Of a stretch of 64,000 nt of DNA, positions 22,217 through 33,262 are shown one piece after another. The translations under genes were made by a program, and so were the position numbers. The stretch comes from an uncultured Gemmatimonadales bacterium. GTDB lineage: Bacteria; Gemmatimonadota; Gemmatimonadetes; Gemmatimonadales; GWC2-71-9. Each line of letters begins with the position of its first letter. The stretch's first letter is position 1. The stretch is taken from assembly GCA_963739455.1 (NCBI GenBank), contig CAVUAK010000001.1, positions 1,088,001-1,152,000 on the forward strand. Reading direction: 5' to 3'. The notes under the pieces are model-generated. The model was not told where the DNA came from and ran no database searches. It was given only the letters and a program-made list of their open reading frames with translations.

Positions 22217-23149
22217 ATGATGCGCAACGCGCTGCTCTGGCTGTCGGAACAGCAGCAGATCTTCAACTTCGTGCGCCGCAATGGTCTCGCGAAGCAGTTC
22301 GCGTCACGCTTCGTGGCCGGCGAGACGATCCCCGAGGCGGTGGCGGCGGCCAGCGCGCTCGAGGCGAAGGGCATCACCGCGTCACTCGACCTGCTGGGTG
22401 AAAGCGTCACCCAGGCCTCGGAGGCCGAGACGGCCTGCGCGCAGTACGTGCAGATGGTTGACGAGATGGCGGCTGCCCACGACCAGGTGAACGTGTCGGT
22501 GAAGCTGACGCAGATGGGCCTCGACATCGACGAGGACCTCTGCGTTCGCAACATGACAAGGATCCTCGAGCGCGCCGAACAACACGACGGTTTCGTCCGG
22601 CTCGACATGGAGAGTTCCGCGTACACCCAGCGGACGCTCGACTTCTTCAGCAACCGCCTCTTCCCGCGATTCGGCAAGCACTGCGGGGTGGTCATCCAGT
22701 CATGCCTGAGGCGCTCGGATGCAGACATCCAGCGCCTCATCGACATGAAGGCGCGCGTGCGGCTCTGCAAGGGCGCGTACCTCGAGCCGGCCGACGTGGC
22801 CTACCCCGCCAAGTCGGACGTGGACAAGGCCTACGTGCGGCTGGTGGAGAAGCTCCTGGAGTACGGCAACTATCCCGGTGTTGCCACGCACGACGAGGCG
22901 ATACTCGGCCACGTACGGAAGTTCGCCCAGCGGAACGGCATCGCAGCGGAGCGCTTCGAGTTCCAGATGCTCTACGGCGTGCGGCGTGACCTGCAGGAAC
23001 AGCTGGTGCAGAGCGGGTGCCGCATGCGGGTGTACATCCCGTTTGGCACGCAGTGGTATCCCTACCTGATGCGTCGGCTGGCCGAGCGGCCTGCCAACAT
23101 CGCATTCATCCTTGGCAACATCGTGAAGGAATCCGTTCCCGGACTGTGA
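22217..23149 (+). CDS. Monofunctional proline dehydrogenase
   Basis: RFVAGE, SVKLTQMG, RLDME, RLCKGAYLE, ATHD, FQMLYG and YLMRRLAERP motifs. Confidence 0.95.
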   Translation: MMRNALLWLSEQQQIFNFVRRNGLAKQFASRFVAGETIPEAVAAASALEAKGITASLDLLGESVTQASEAETACAQYVQMVDEMAAAHDQVNVSVKLTQMGLDIDEDLCVRNMTRILERAEQHDGFVRLDMESSAYTQRTLDFFSNRLFPRFGKHCGVVIQSCLRRSDADIQRLIDMKARVRLCKGAYLEPADVAYPAKSDVDKAYVRLVEKLLEYGNYPGVATHDEAILGHVRKFAQRNGIAAERFEFQMLYGVRRDLQEQLVQSGCRMRVYIPFGTQWYPYLMRRLAERPANIAFILGNIVKESVPGL

Positions 23150-23460
23150 GCGAGTTCACGCTGGGTGGCTACATGGCGAAGCACGAGCGGGCCGCGGCAT
23201 TCGAGGGCGCCGACGGACAGCCGTACTCGGTGGCCATCTACGTGGATGATGAGCCGGACGACAAGGGCCGGTACGGCGCGGCGCTGCTGTTCGTGCGCTG
23301 GGCGCCCTCCGGCGACCGGCCGGTGGGTCACGTCGAGACGCCCGTCCTCACCACCGGTGCGACGCCCGGCGAGGCCAACGACCGGCTCGAGGCCTGGTCG
23401 CTCTTCGACGTGAAGGTCGCGCTCGACGAGGCGATCGCTGCGGCGCCCAAGGCCTGGTGA
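23146..23460 (+). CDS. Hypothetical protein
   Basis: GTGA overlaps with both neighbours; GC3-rich codons; globular-looking sequence. Confidence 0.75.
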   Translation: MSEFTLGGYMAKHERAAAFEGADGQPYSVAIYVDDEPDDKGRYGAALLFVRWAPSGDRPVGHVETPVLTTGATPGEANDRLEAWSLFDVKVALDEAIAAAPKAW

Positions 23461-24362
23461 GCAGCCGCAGCGGCACGGTACTCGGGCGTGACGGCGCGGC
23501 GATCCGGGTGCTGGCAGGGAGCGACGAGCTGCGCGCCGTCCTACGTGGGCGCATGAAGCAGCAGGGACTCAAGGTGGTGGCCGGCGACGTCGTGACGCTC
23601 GAGCCCGAGGCGGGTGGCGAGCTGTGGGGCATCATCGAGGTCGCGCCGCGCCGGTCGGTGCTGGAGCGACGCATTCCGGGTGGACGCGGCACCCGCGCCA
23701 TCGCGGCGAACATCGACCGGATCTTCGTGGTCACCGCGACGCGTGAGCCGGCGCCGGTCCCCTCGGTGATCGATCGCCTGCTTGTGCTCGCGGAAGCCAA
23801 CGACGTGACGCCAGCGGTGGTGGTGAACAAGATCGACCTCGACCCCGGCACCGATCTCGTCACGCGGTATCGCGCGGCGGGCTACGACGTGTTTCCCATC
23901 AGCACGAGACTGGGCCTCGGACTCGAGGCGATCCGGGGCTGGCTGCCGGATCATGCGTCCGTTTTCACGGGGCCGAGCGGCGCGGGAAAATCGAGCCTCC
24001 TGAATGCGCTCGAGCCGGGTGTCGCCCTGCGCACGGCGGCCGTGAGCGAGAAGATCGGGCGCGGCATGCACACCACGGTGAGCGCGCTCATGGTACCGCT
24101 GTCCGGTGGAGGATGGCTCGTGGATACCCCGGGCTTCAGCGAGGTGGGCCTCTGGGGACTCGAGGCGCGCGGGCTTGCCGAGTGCTTCCCCGAAATGCGC
24201 CCGCTCATCGGCAACTGCAAGTTCCAGGATTGCCGGCACGTCAGCGAACCGGGATGCGCCGTGCGCTCAGCAGTAACGGTGGGCGCGATTCATCCTGACC
24301 GATACGCCAGCTACCTGCTGCTGCTGCAGGAAACAGAGGAAGAGCCCCGCGAGTGGGAGTAG
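23457..24362 (+). CDS. rsgA: Ribosome small subunit-dependent GTPase A
   Basis: Circularly permuted NKID, GPSGAGKSS, HTT and DTPG, plus C-terminal CKFQDCRHVSEPGC Zn finger. Confidence 0.95.
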   Translation: MSSRSGTVLGRDGAAIRVLAGSDELRAVLRGRMKQQGLKVVAGDVVTLEPEAGGELWGIIEVAPRRSVLERRIPGGRGTRAIAANIDRIFVVTATREPAPVPSVIDRLLVLAEANDVTPAVVVNKIDLDPGTDLVTRYRAAGYDVFPISTRLGLGLEAIRGWLPDHASVFTGPSGAGKSSLLNALEPGVALRTAAVSEKIGRGMHTTVSALMVPLSGGGWLVDTPGFSEVGLWGLEARGLAECFPEMRPLIGNCKFQDCRHVSEPGCAVRSAVTVGAIHPDRYASYLLLLQETEEEPREWE

Positions 24363-25486
24363 TGCCGCGCGCGCTGCTCCTGGTGGAGCAGCGCCACTGG
24401 CACGCCGCCGCGAGCTTGCTGCCACTCCTCCGCGACGCCGGGCTCCGGGTGGACGTCATCTGCCGGGCAGGATGCCTCGTTTCGAAGTCCCGGTATGTCG
24501 ATGAGCTCCTGATCGTCGACGGCCCTGAAGCAGAATTCTTCTCCGCAGTGCAACAGTTCCTCGCGAGTCGACGCGACCGCTACACCTGGGTCCTCCCGGT
24601 CACCGACACGGACGTTCGCGGGCTCGCCCGCCGGGTCGACGAGCCCTGGGTGCAGGAGATTTTTCCTGCCCGCCGCACGACTGACGTCGTCGAGGCAATC
24701 CTCGACAAGCCGGCGATGGATCGACTCCTCCGTCGGGTGGGGGTGAGGCTGCCGGAGTCGATGCCGGTTGGCAATGACCTCGAGCTCGTCGCATTCGGCG
24801 TGAGGCATGGATGGCCGGTCATGCTCAAGCCGATCGATGGCGTTGGAGGTGGCGGGGTGGTGCGAGTATCGGCGGCGGAACAGGCGATCGCTGCCATGGC
24901 ACAGCTGGGCTCGTCATACCCCCGGCTCATGGCGCAGGCATTCGTGCCGGGACCAGTCGCTTCGTGCCAGGTGGTGTTCGACCATGGCCGCCCACTGGCC
25001 TGGGCGACCTCGTACAAGGTGCGCACCTGGCCGGGCCCGTACGGGCCATCGTCGGCGATCACCTTCGCACCGATTCCCGGGGTGGAGGAAATGCTGCCGC
25101 CGATCGGAGAGGCGCTGGGATTCCACGGAGCGCTCACGGTCGACTTGATCGTGGATGAACGCTCAGGCGTCCCAGTGGTCATCGAGGTGAACGCGCGTCC
25201 GGCGGGCATCATGAGCCGGGGGCGGCGAGCCGGTGTCGATTTCGCGGCGGGGTTGCGGCAGATGCTCTTCGGAATCGAGGGGCGAAGTCACATGAAGGGC
25301 ACCCGCCGATCGGTCACTGCGGGACTGTATCCGCAGGACCTGGTACGCTGCTTCGAGGAGGGGAAATTCGCGCCGCTACGCGACTGGCTTGGCATCGCCA
25401 CCCTGGCCGACGTGCCGTGGACCGACCCGGGCGTCTTTTTGTCCAGCACCCGCTTCCTGCTTTCGCGCCTGGTGCGTCGGGGCTAG
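24362..25486 (+). CDS. ATP-grasp domain protein of unknown function
   Basis: DK, PVMLKPIDGVGGGGV, QAFVPG and IEVNAR motifs. Confidence 0.75.
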   Translation: MPRALLLVEQRHWHAAASLLPLLRDAGLRVDVICRAGCLVSKSRYVDELLIVDGPEAEFFSAVQQFLASRRDRYTWVLPVTDTDVRGLARRVDEPWVQEIFPARRTTDVVEAILDKPAMDRLLRRVGVRLPESMPVGNDLELVAFGVRHGWPVMLKPIDGVGGGGVVRVSAAEQAIAAMAQLGSSYPRLMAQAFVPGPVASCQVVFDHGRPLAWATSYKVRTWPGPYGPSSAITFAPIPGVEEMLPPIGEALGFHGALTVDLIVDERSGVPVVIEVNARPAGIMSRGRRAGVDFAAGLRQMLFGIEGRSHMKGTRRSVTAGLYPQDLVRCFEEGKFAPLRDWLGIATLADVPWTDPGVFLSSTRFLLSRLVRRG

Positions 25487-25800
25487 CCCTTCCTGGTCCA
25501 GCGGGTCGCGTCCCGGGTCTCCACCTTGGTCATCATGCGATCAAAGGCAACCTGAAGGTCGATGCCTTCCCGGTTGGCCATGCAGATCAGCACGAACATG
25601 ATGTCGGCCATCTCCATCGCCATGTCGCCCTCTCCCTCGTCCCGCTTCTTTGTCTTCTGGCCGAACCGGTGGTTGACCTCGCGTGCCAGCTCGCCAACCT
25701 CCTCGGAGAGGCGTGTCATGTTCGTGAGGGGATCGAAGTAGCCTTCCTCGAACTGCGCGATCCACGCATCAACCCGCGCCTGCGCCTCGCTGAATGACAC
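25483..25800 (-). CDS. MazG-like nucleotide pyrophosphohydrolase (YpjD-like)
   Basis: GYFDPLTNMTRLSEEVGELAREVNH...EMAD motif. Confidence 0.9.
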   Translation of the reverse strand: MSFSEAQARVDAWIAQFEEGYFDPLTNMTRLSEEVGELAREVNHRFGQKTKKRDEGEGDMAMEMADIMFVLICMANREGIDLQVAFDRMMTKVETRDATRWTRKG

Positions 25801-25803
25801 GCC

Positions 25804-26910
25804 CTAGTTCTCCGGCCAGCTGTCGGTCCATGCATTCGCGATGAGCCTCAGGTGGCCAAAGCGGGCCAGCGCGGAGGTCACCTTGCAGGAATCGTATCGC
25901 AAGTCGATCTGCCCGGGGGGGGGATTCCCGGCATCGCCGCCGCCGCGGCTGTCGTTGACCGTCGCGCCCAGCTTCACGTTGAGTCCCGACACAATGGCAC
26001 CGCGCACCACCGGCCCGTTGCCGCTCACGGTAAGCACGTCACCCACCAGGATGACCCCATCCCAGGTGAAGCCGGCCATGATCGTAAGGTTGCCAGTCAC
26101 GACGATGAGTCCCTGGCCCGATTCTCCGCCGTCCAGCGTGGCATCGCCATCGACCCGGATCACCGGCCATTCCGACGGACTGAACATGGGCCAGCCGATC
26201 TCGCTCGTCAGGCTGTCATCGGGCTGGAGAACGGTTCCGGTAACGATCGAGTTCCAGTCGATGCGTACTGAATCCTTCGCGTTCACCGGCAGCGCGCCGA
26301 GCCACCTGATGCCGGGAGACGGGGCTGGCGGGGGGCTGAAGCCACTCTGCCCGCTTTGCGCGGTGACTGGAACAGCGACGCCGGCAACGGTGGGCGCCGA
26401 CGCTATGCAGGCATCGTTTCCGTTCAGGAGACCGCCGCCACCCTCGCTGCGAAGGCCCGCGATCGCTGTCCAGGCGCTCTTCACGTCCATCGATACCGCG
26501 CCCCACGTCGCGTACTGTGCCACGGTGCGCTGGGCTGGCGGCGTGTTCACACTGAACCGGGGGGCACCGTGACTGACGCCGCGCGAGCGAATGACGTAGA
26601 GGCCGGACGTGGTGCCATTGTCCGGCCGGATCTCGATCAGGACGACGTGGGCCGTATCGCGGGCCCCGATCGGGATTGCCACGCTGTCGTTTGGCACCGG
26701 CTGGGTGTCCATCAGCGCCACGTATCGCTCGAGACCGGACTGTGCCACGGCGAGCGCATCGAGCTGCGCTTGCTGGTCGCCCACGATCCGTCGCTCCTCC
26801 GACACCCGCCCGAAGCCGGCGGTGACGGCCAGCGCCAGCAGGGCCATCATGAGGATCACGAGCGGGAGCGACACGCCGCGCCGGTCGCGCACCAGGGCGT
26901 GACTAATCAC
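25804..26910 (-). CDS. PilX/GspK-like minor pilin
   Basis: RRG|VSLPLVIL prepilin site lacking Glu5, hydrophobic helix, AQSGL motif; last of four pilin-like genes. Confidence 0.7.
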   Translation of the reverse strand: MISHALVRDRRGVSLPLVILMMALLALAVTAGFGRVSEERRIVGDQQAQLDALAVAQSGLERYVALMDTQPVPNDSVAIPIGARDTAHVVLIEIRPDNGTTSGLYVIRSRGVSHGAPRFSVNTPPAQRTVAQYATWGAVSMDVKSAWTAIAGLRSEGGGGLLNGNDACIASAPTVAGVAVPVTAQSGQSGFSPPPAPSPGIRWLGALPVNAKDSVRIDWNSIVTGTVLQPDDSLTSEIGWPMFSPSEWPVIRVDGDATLDGGESGQGLIVVTGNLTIMAGFTWDGVILVGDVLTVSGNGPVVRGAIVSGLNVKLGATVNDSRGGGDAGNPPPGQIDLRYDSCKVTSALARFGHLRLIANAWTDSWPEN

Positions 26911-27808
26911 GGCGGTTCTTGAAGAAGATCGATGTCGTGAGGCGCATGCGCTTCTCTGTGGTGCTGCCCTGCGGCACCGTTTCGCTCATTCCGTCGAGGT
27001 GCAGCTCGATGCCGCGCGTCATGGTGATCGGTGACGGCACGGCGTCCTGGGGAATGTCGGATCCGGTGACATAGAACCGGAAACGGGCGGTGCTGTCGAA
27101 GGGAGCAGCCAGTTCCTCGCTGCTGCCGCCAATAACGTCCCTCCACAGCGCCATGGCTCCCGGATTGGTTGCCGCGAGCGCCGAGGAAGGCCAGAAGCGA
27201 TACCGTACGCGCTGCATCAGGATGACGTTCATGCCGACGCTCGGCACCAATCCCGAGTAGCCGCCCGATGTTCCCATGGTGCCCGGCGACGTCAGCTGGA
27301 TCACGCGGCCCGCCGTGCCGCCGCCCTCTGCGGCGGTCAGCGTCCGGATGGAGGCAGCCGTGCACACACCGGGGGCGCCTGCACCCAGGCCAGTGGCGGT
27401 CATGCGATAGCGGTATTTCCCTGTCGCTTCGTCGCGCCACGCCCACCCGGCAAACCGCGCAGCAGCCCATGCGCTGTTGTCGACGGGAAGGATCGACACC
27501 ACCAGAGGCATACTGGCGTTGCACGCAACGCCGAAGGCATAGGGCACCCGAAACGTGATGCTCGTCGACGTGGCTCCGGCCTCCAGGGCACTGTCTGAGT
27601 TGATCACCTCGAGGTCGGCGAGCAGCCGGTTGAGCGACCCACGGGACACCGATCGCGCCGTGCGCCATGCCTCGTTGTTACCTGACGAGCGATTCTGCGC
27701 CAGGATGACCTGGATCAGCGCCGCGCCCACAATGGCCGTCACCGTCATGGCCACCAGCAGCTCGACCAGCGTGAGGCCTGCGCGGCTGGACCGGCATGCC
27801 CGCATCAT
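26903..27808 (-). CDS. PilW-like minor pilin
   Basis: RAG|LTLVELLVAM class III signal. Confidence 0.75.
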   Translation of the reverse strand: MMRACRSSRAGLTLVELLVAMTVTAIVGAALIQVILAQNRSSGNNEAWRTARSVSRGSLNRLLADLEVINSDSALEAGATSTSITFRVPYAFGVACNASMPLVVSILPVDNSAWAAARFAGWAWRDEATGKYRYRMTATGLGAGAPGVCTAASIRTLTAAEGGGTAGRVIQLTSPGTMGTSGGYSGLVPSVGMNVILMQRVRYRFWPSSALAATNPGAMALWRDVIGGSSEELAAPFDSTARFRFYVTGSDIPQDAVPSPITMTRGIELHLDGMSETVPQGSTTEKRMRLTTSIFFKNRRD

Positions 27809-28215
27809 GGGGTATTGAACGGATTGGTAAACTGTTCGTTGACCCGGTATAGCGTCACGGTGTCGGGTCCCGACAGGAGGCTGTCTGTCGGCATCACGAT
27901 GATGCGCACGCGGCGCAGTCCCGGCAGGGTATCCACCACGGCAGTACAGAGTGAGTGCTGGTATGAAGGCGTGGCGTCGGAGGTGCAGCCGGCCAGCACC
28001 TCATCGGGCGGAACCGCCATGGCGCGAGATGCCGCGCCCACAAGGGTCGCGGTGCGGTACTGGGTCGCCGTGACGCCAGTGGACTGGCGGGAGACGCGGA
28101 CCAGCATCGGCCCAAGTACCACCACGATGAAGCAGAGCAGGGCCAATGTGGCGAGTGTCTCGACCAGCGTGAAGCCGTCACGCGCGACAGGAGGAAGTGG
28201 CTTCGTCACCTTCAT
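27805..28215 (-). CDS. PilV-like minor pilin
   Basis: RDG|FTLVETLATLALL class III signal; ATGA overlaps with neighbours. Confidence 0.75.
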   Translation of the reverse strand: MKVTKPLPPVARDGFTLVETLATLALLCFIVVVLGPMLVRVSRQSTGVTATQYRTATLVGAASRAMAVPPDEVLAGCTSDATPSYQHSLCTAVVDTLPGLRRVRIIVMPTDSLLSGPDTVTLYRVNEQFTNPFNTP

Positions 28216-28658
28216 CGCACCACCCGCACCTGGCCGGCGCTCGACATGGTAACCTGGCGATTGGCAGCACCTGCGGCGATCGTGACCGTCAGCGGAAGCG
28301 TCGCCACACCAGTTGGAGACACGGTAACGCTGGCCTCCGAAAGCATGAGGGAGTCGATCTGGTACTCGGTGTCCGGTCCGAACGCCCGGCGCTGGTACAG
28401 CACATCCGTGGCAAGATCGCGGATCTCGATGGCCTGGTTCGCACAGTCGCACGAGACAGTTACCGGACGGCGCTGACGGCTCGCCAGCGTGAAGCTGCGC
28501 TCGAGGGTCAGGGCGACCAGGCCGGCAGCGCGATCCACCCGCGAACTGCGAAATGCCTGGCCGATCCGCGGGATGGAGGCGAGCATGAGGATGCTCAGGA
28601 TGACCAGTACGACGAACACTTCCACCATGGTCATGCCGCGGGTGTTCCGCACCGTCAT
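28212..28658 (-). CDS. FimT/FimU/GspH-like minor pilin
   Basis: RG|MTMVEVFVVLVIL...P signal; C-terminal VTMSSAGQVR typical of the family. Confidence 0.75.
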   Translation of the reverse strand: MTVRNTRGMTMVEVFVVLVILSILMLASIPRIGQAFRSSRVDRAAGLVALTLERSFTLASRQRRPVTVSCDCANQAIEIRDLATDVLYQRRAFGPDTEYQIDSLMLSEASVTVSPTGVATLPLTVTIAAGAANRQVTMSSAGQVRVVR

Positions 28659-28725
28659 CAAGCCCTCCTCGCAGGCCCGTCCAACCCCGAACCAAACTAA
28701 CCCCAAACCGGTGTCGCCGCCCGTA

Positions 28726-28746
28726 GGTCAAATGGCCTATTTGACC
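28726..28746. promoter_or_regulatory. Inverted repeat, candidate operator between divergent genes
   Basis: GGTCAAAT-GGCCT-ATTTGACC with perfect 8-bp arms. Confidence 0.4.
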
Positions 28747-28801
28747 GAGTGGCGTCAAAGGCCTTAACCTCATCTCCACTAACACTCTCCACTGGAAACC
28801 C

Positions 28802-29044
28802 ATGCGCACCCGCGACCGGATTCTCGAGAATCTGGAATCGATCTACCGCGAATCGTACGAGCGGTCCAAGGCCGAGGGCCTGGCTTCACGAATGGTTGAG
28901 CTGGACAACGCCTATATGCGTGACCAGCTGATGCTCGAGATACTGCTCGACATTCGCGACCTGTTCTCGGTCGCTCCGGCCGCGAAGGGCGGCAGTAGCG
29001 CACTCGAAACGCTGGAACGCCTGCGCCGACTTGGCGGACGCTAG
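28802..29044 (+). CDS. Small helical hypothetical protein
   Basis: 80-aa ORF with protein-like composition (EILLDIRDL). Confidence 0.7.
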   Translation: MRTRDRILENLESIYRESYERSKAEGLASRMVELDNAYMRDQLMLEILLDIRDLFSVAPAAKGGSSALETLERLRRLGGR

Positions 29045-29193
29045 AGGTCGGGCCAGGCCCGGCGGCGGATCTGGTAGCTAAGGCAATACATAGCAACATG
29101 TTAGAGATTGTGTTTCGCGGACCCCTGACTCGGGCTATCTTCACGGGTCCCCGGCCTGTACGTGGGCCTGCGTCCGCTCTTCCAAAGATCACG

Positions 29194-31327
29194 ATGGCCA
29201 CTCGCACTCCCAGTCGCTCCAAGGGCCTCGCGTCCGCCAAGCTCGACAAGGCGGACCTCGTCGAGTTCTACCGGATCATGTTGCTGTCCCGGCGAATTGA
29301 CGACCGCGAGATCCAGCTGAAGCGGCAGAACAAGATCTTCTTCCAGATTTCGGGTGCGGGTCACGAAGCGGTGCTGGTGGCTGCGGCCAAGGTGCTTCGT
29401 CCGACTTACGACTGGTTCTATACCTACTATCGCGACCGCGCCCTCTGCCTCGGGCTCGGCATGACCCCCACCGAACAGTTCCTTTCCGCTGTCGGCGCGG
29501 CTGACGATCCCAACTCTGGCGGACGCCAGATGCCGTCGCATTGGGGGCACAAGGACCTCAACATCGTCAGTGCCTCCAGCCCCACCGGCACCCAGTTTCT
29601 CCAGGCCGTCGGGTGTGCCGAGGCCTGGCTGCGCCTCAGCCAGATGCCGGAGGCGACTCGTCCCGACGTGACCTTCCACGGCGATGAGGTCGTGCTCGTC
29701 ACCACGGGCGATGGCACCACCAGCGAGGGCGAGTTCTGGGAGGCGCTGAGCAGCGCGTGCAACCTCAAGCTCCCGGTGATCTTCCTCGTGGAGGACAACG
29801 GCTACGCCATCTCCGTCCCGGTCGAGGTCAACACGCCCGGTGGCTCGATTTCGAAGCTGGTGACCGGGTTCCCCGGCTTGTACATCCAGGAAGTGGATGG
29901 CTGCGACCCAATTGCCTCGTACGACACAATGGCGCGGGCCGCCGAGTACTGCCGTTCGCGGAAGGGTCCGGCGATGGTGCATGCGAAGGTCATCCGGCCC
30001 TACTCGCACTCGCTGTCAGACGATGAAGTCCAGTACCGCAGCGCAACCGAGCGCGATGCCGATGCAGCGCGCGACCCGCTCGTCACCTATCCGCGCTGGT
30101 TGCTGGACCAGGGTATCGCGACCGAATCGGAACTCGAGTTGATCCGGCAGCAGGTGGAGGAGGAGGTGCAGGTCTCCGCCGAGGTGGCGCTGGCCTCGCC
30201 GCAGCCGGCTACCGACACCATCTACGACTACGTCTACTCGCCCGACGTGGACCCCACGTCGGAGCAGTTCGACACGGAAGACGACCCCCGCTTCTCCGGC
30301 GAGCCGACCACCATGGTGGACCTGCTCAACGGCTGCATGCGAGATGAAATGACGCGCGACTCGCGCATCCTGCTGTTCGGCGAGGATGTGGCCGACGCGA
30401 CACGCGACGACTGCCTGACGCAGGTGAAGGGCAAGGGCGGCGTCTTCAAGGTGACGTGGGGACTGCAGCGGCAGTTCGGTGGCAACCGCGTCTACAACTC
30501 GCCGCTGGCCGAGGCCAACATCGTTGGTCGGGCCATCGGCCTGGCCACGCGCGGGCTCAAGCCGGTGGTCGAGATCCAGTTCTTCGACTACATCTGGCCG
30601 GCGTTCATGCAGCTGCGCAATGAGCTCGCGCTGATGCGCTGGCGCTCGAACAACTTCTTCAGTTCGCCCGTGGTCGTGCGCGTCACCTATGGCGGCTACC
30701 TCAAGGGCGGGGCCGTCTATCACTCACAGACCGGCGCGTCCCTCTTCACGTCGATTCCCGGGTTGCGGGTGGTATGCCCCTCCACCGCGCTCGACGCCAA
30801 CGGCCTCCTGCGCACGGCGATCCGCTGCGAGGACCCGGTCATCTTCCTCGAGCACAAGCACCTGTACCGCCAGACCTACAACAAGGCGCCGAATCCGGGC
30901 CCGAACTTCATGATTCCGTTCGGCAAGGCGCGGGTTGCGCGCGAGGGCACCGACCTCACCGTCATTACCTACGGCGCAGTGGTCCAGCGGGCACTGCGTG
31001 GCGGCGAAGGAAGTGGAGGAGCGTCACGGCGTCAGCGTCGAGGTGATCGACCTGCGCACGCTGGCCCCGGTGGACTGGGATACCGTGTTCGCGTCGGTGC
31101 GGAAGACGAGCCGTGTGCTCGTGGCGTACGAAGATTCGCTGTCGTGGGGCTATGGAGCGGAGATCTCGGCGCGCATTGCCAGCGACTGCTTCCACTGGCT
31201 CGACGCGCCGGTTGCGCGGATCGCGGCGACCGACACATTCGTGGCGTATGCGCCGGAACTCGAGGACGTCATCCTGCCGCAGGTCGATTCCATCGGGCGG
31301 GCGATGGAGGAAGTGCTGGGCGCCTAG
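29194..31327 (+). CDS. 2-oxoacid dehydrogenase E1 alpha/beta fusion (branched-chain/pyruvate type); frameshift near 30997
   Basis: [20 protein letters not shown] (ThDP motif), SHSLSDD, GEDV, SPLAEA, EIQFFDY, FLEHK and IDLRTL. Confidence 0.92.
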
Positions 31328-33262
31328 CGCTCCATCGCTTCCTTGACCTCGCCCGCCGCGGCGATGGCGTTGTCCACGTTCCTCGACAGCGCACGGGCCG
31401 CCTGGGTGGCCATGGTGATGTCCCCCATCACCTCGGACACGTTGGATGACTTGAGCTTGAGCAGGTCCAGCCGCAGGTTCTGCATTGCCAGCACGCATCG
31501 AATCGAGGTGCCGCGCCACCTGTCCCTTGCGCGACTCCAGCTGGGCGACCGTGCTCTTCTGCCGCTCGAGCAGGGAGATATGCCGGTCGCGTTCCTCATC
31601 CGCCGGCTGCGCCTTGAGGGTGGCGATCCGCTCATCGATGCGCGTCGTCCCACCGGCCGCCATCTCGCCATCCATCATGTGCAACGTGCGGCCGAGGTCG
31701 ATCGCGCGGTTGTAGAGGCCATCGACAGTCTCGTTGATGTCCTTGAGCACCTCACGCTCCGAGGGCGGCAGGCGCTCGACCAGCTTGAGGATTGCCGCTC
31801 GATCGCCATGTACCTGGCGGATCTGCGGGTACTGGTCGCCGAACTCGCGCTCGGGCGGTGCCGGGACCACCTTGGCCAGCAGGCCCTTGTTGGAGTCGCG
31901 GCTCGACTCGATTGAATCGGGTGCCGCCGGCCGCCGCAGCACATCGCGCCAGCTGTATCCCGCCTGCCAGAGCTTGGAGTAGTTGCTGAGCAGGCCGATG
32001 CCCATGCCGGCGGCCGGGAAGAGGAACCACGGCGGATCCAGCTGCGTGGTGGCCACGTTCATGAGGAACAGGCCGCCGTTGACGGCGAGCCACGCGGCGA
32101 ACTGCGCCCGGACCTTCTGGACGATCTTGGGCTCGCCGGTGTCCGGGATGACCATCTCCCCGCTCTTCTCGTTGCGCTCCTGCCATGCCGGGCGACGATC
32201 GTAGCGGCGGTCGGGCGCGCGAGGAGCCCGGGGCGCAGGCAGGTTGCCGAGGCCGGGAATCGGCTCGTTGGCGCCGCCACCGATCGGGCTTCGGGGGTTC
32301 GCGGTGAGCGGACGACGGCCAGCGGCGGTCGGCGGTCGCTGGTTCCCGGTGCCGCGCGACGTCCCCGCGCGCCAGGATGTTCCGGTGGGCCGGTACCCGG
32401 TCACCGTGCGACTCTCGAGGGCGCGCCGCAGCGCGTCGGCCGTGGGCCAGCGGTTCTCCGGGTCCTTCTCGAGGCAGCGGGCCACCGCCAGTGCCAGGTC
32501 CTCGGGCACATCGGGGCGTGCGCGACGAATATCGGGTGCCGGCTCCGTGATCTGCTTCATCAGGATGCCGGCGACCGTCGGGGCATTGAAGGGCAACTCA
32601 CCCGCCAGCATCTGGTACGTGACGATGCCGAGACTGTAGAGGTCGGAGCGGCCGTCGATCTCCTTCTCGCCCGCGGCCTGCTCCGGGCTCATGAACGCCG
32701 GGGTTCCGATCGCCACGCCGGCACCGGTCAGCGTTGCCCCGGATCCCTGGGAGAGCGCCTTCGCGATGCCGAAGTCGGTGACCATGACGCGGCCACGCGT
32801 GCCCTCGAGCAGGATGTTGTCGGGCTTGATGTCCCGGTGTACCACCGAGACTGCATGGGCGGCGCTGAGCGCGTCGGCGCTCTCCTTCATGATGCGGCGC
32901 GCTTCCTCGGGCGGGAGCGGCCCCTTCCGCTTCACCCGTCCCGCGACGGACTCGCCGTCGACATAGCCCATGACGAAGAAGACGATGCCCTTGGCCTCGC
33001 CAACCGAGTAGATCGGCACAATGTGAGGATGGAGCAGCTGGCCGGCCGTCTGGGCCTCGCGCTTGAACCGCTCGCGGATGTCCTGCTGGAACGCCAGTTC
33101 GGGCGGCAGCACCTTGATGGCGACCCGGCGCTTCAGCTGCTCGTCGCGCGCGCGATAGACCACGCCCATGCCGCCCCGCCCAATTTCACCCTCAAGGGTA
33201 TAGGCGGTGCCCAGCGCCTCAGCGACGCGAGCGGCAAGCGGCTTGTCGTACGTATCTGACAT
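31324..33262 (-). CDS. Hanks-type Ser/Thr kinase with Pro/Arg linker, 2-TM segment and C-terminal helical domain; frameshift near 31497
   Basis: [33 protein letters not shown] and DLYSLG; later [16 protein letters not shown]...[10 protein letters not shown]. Confidence 0.9.
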
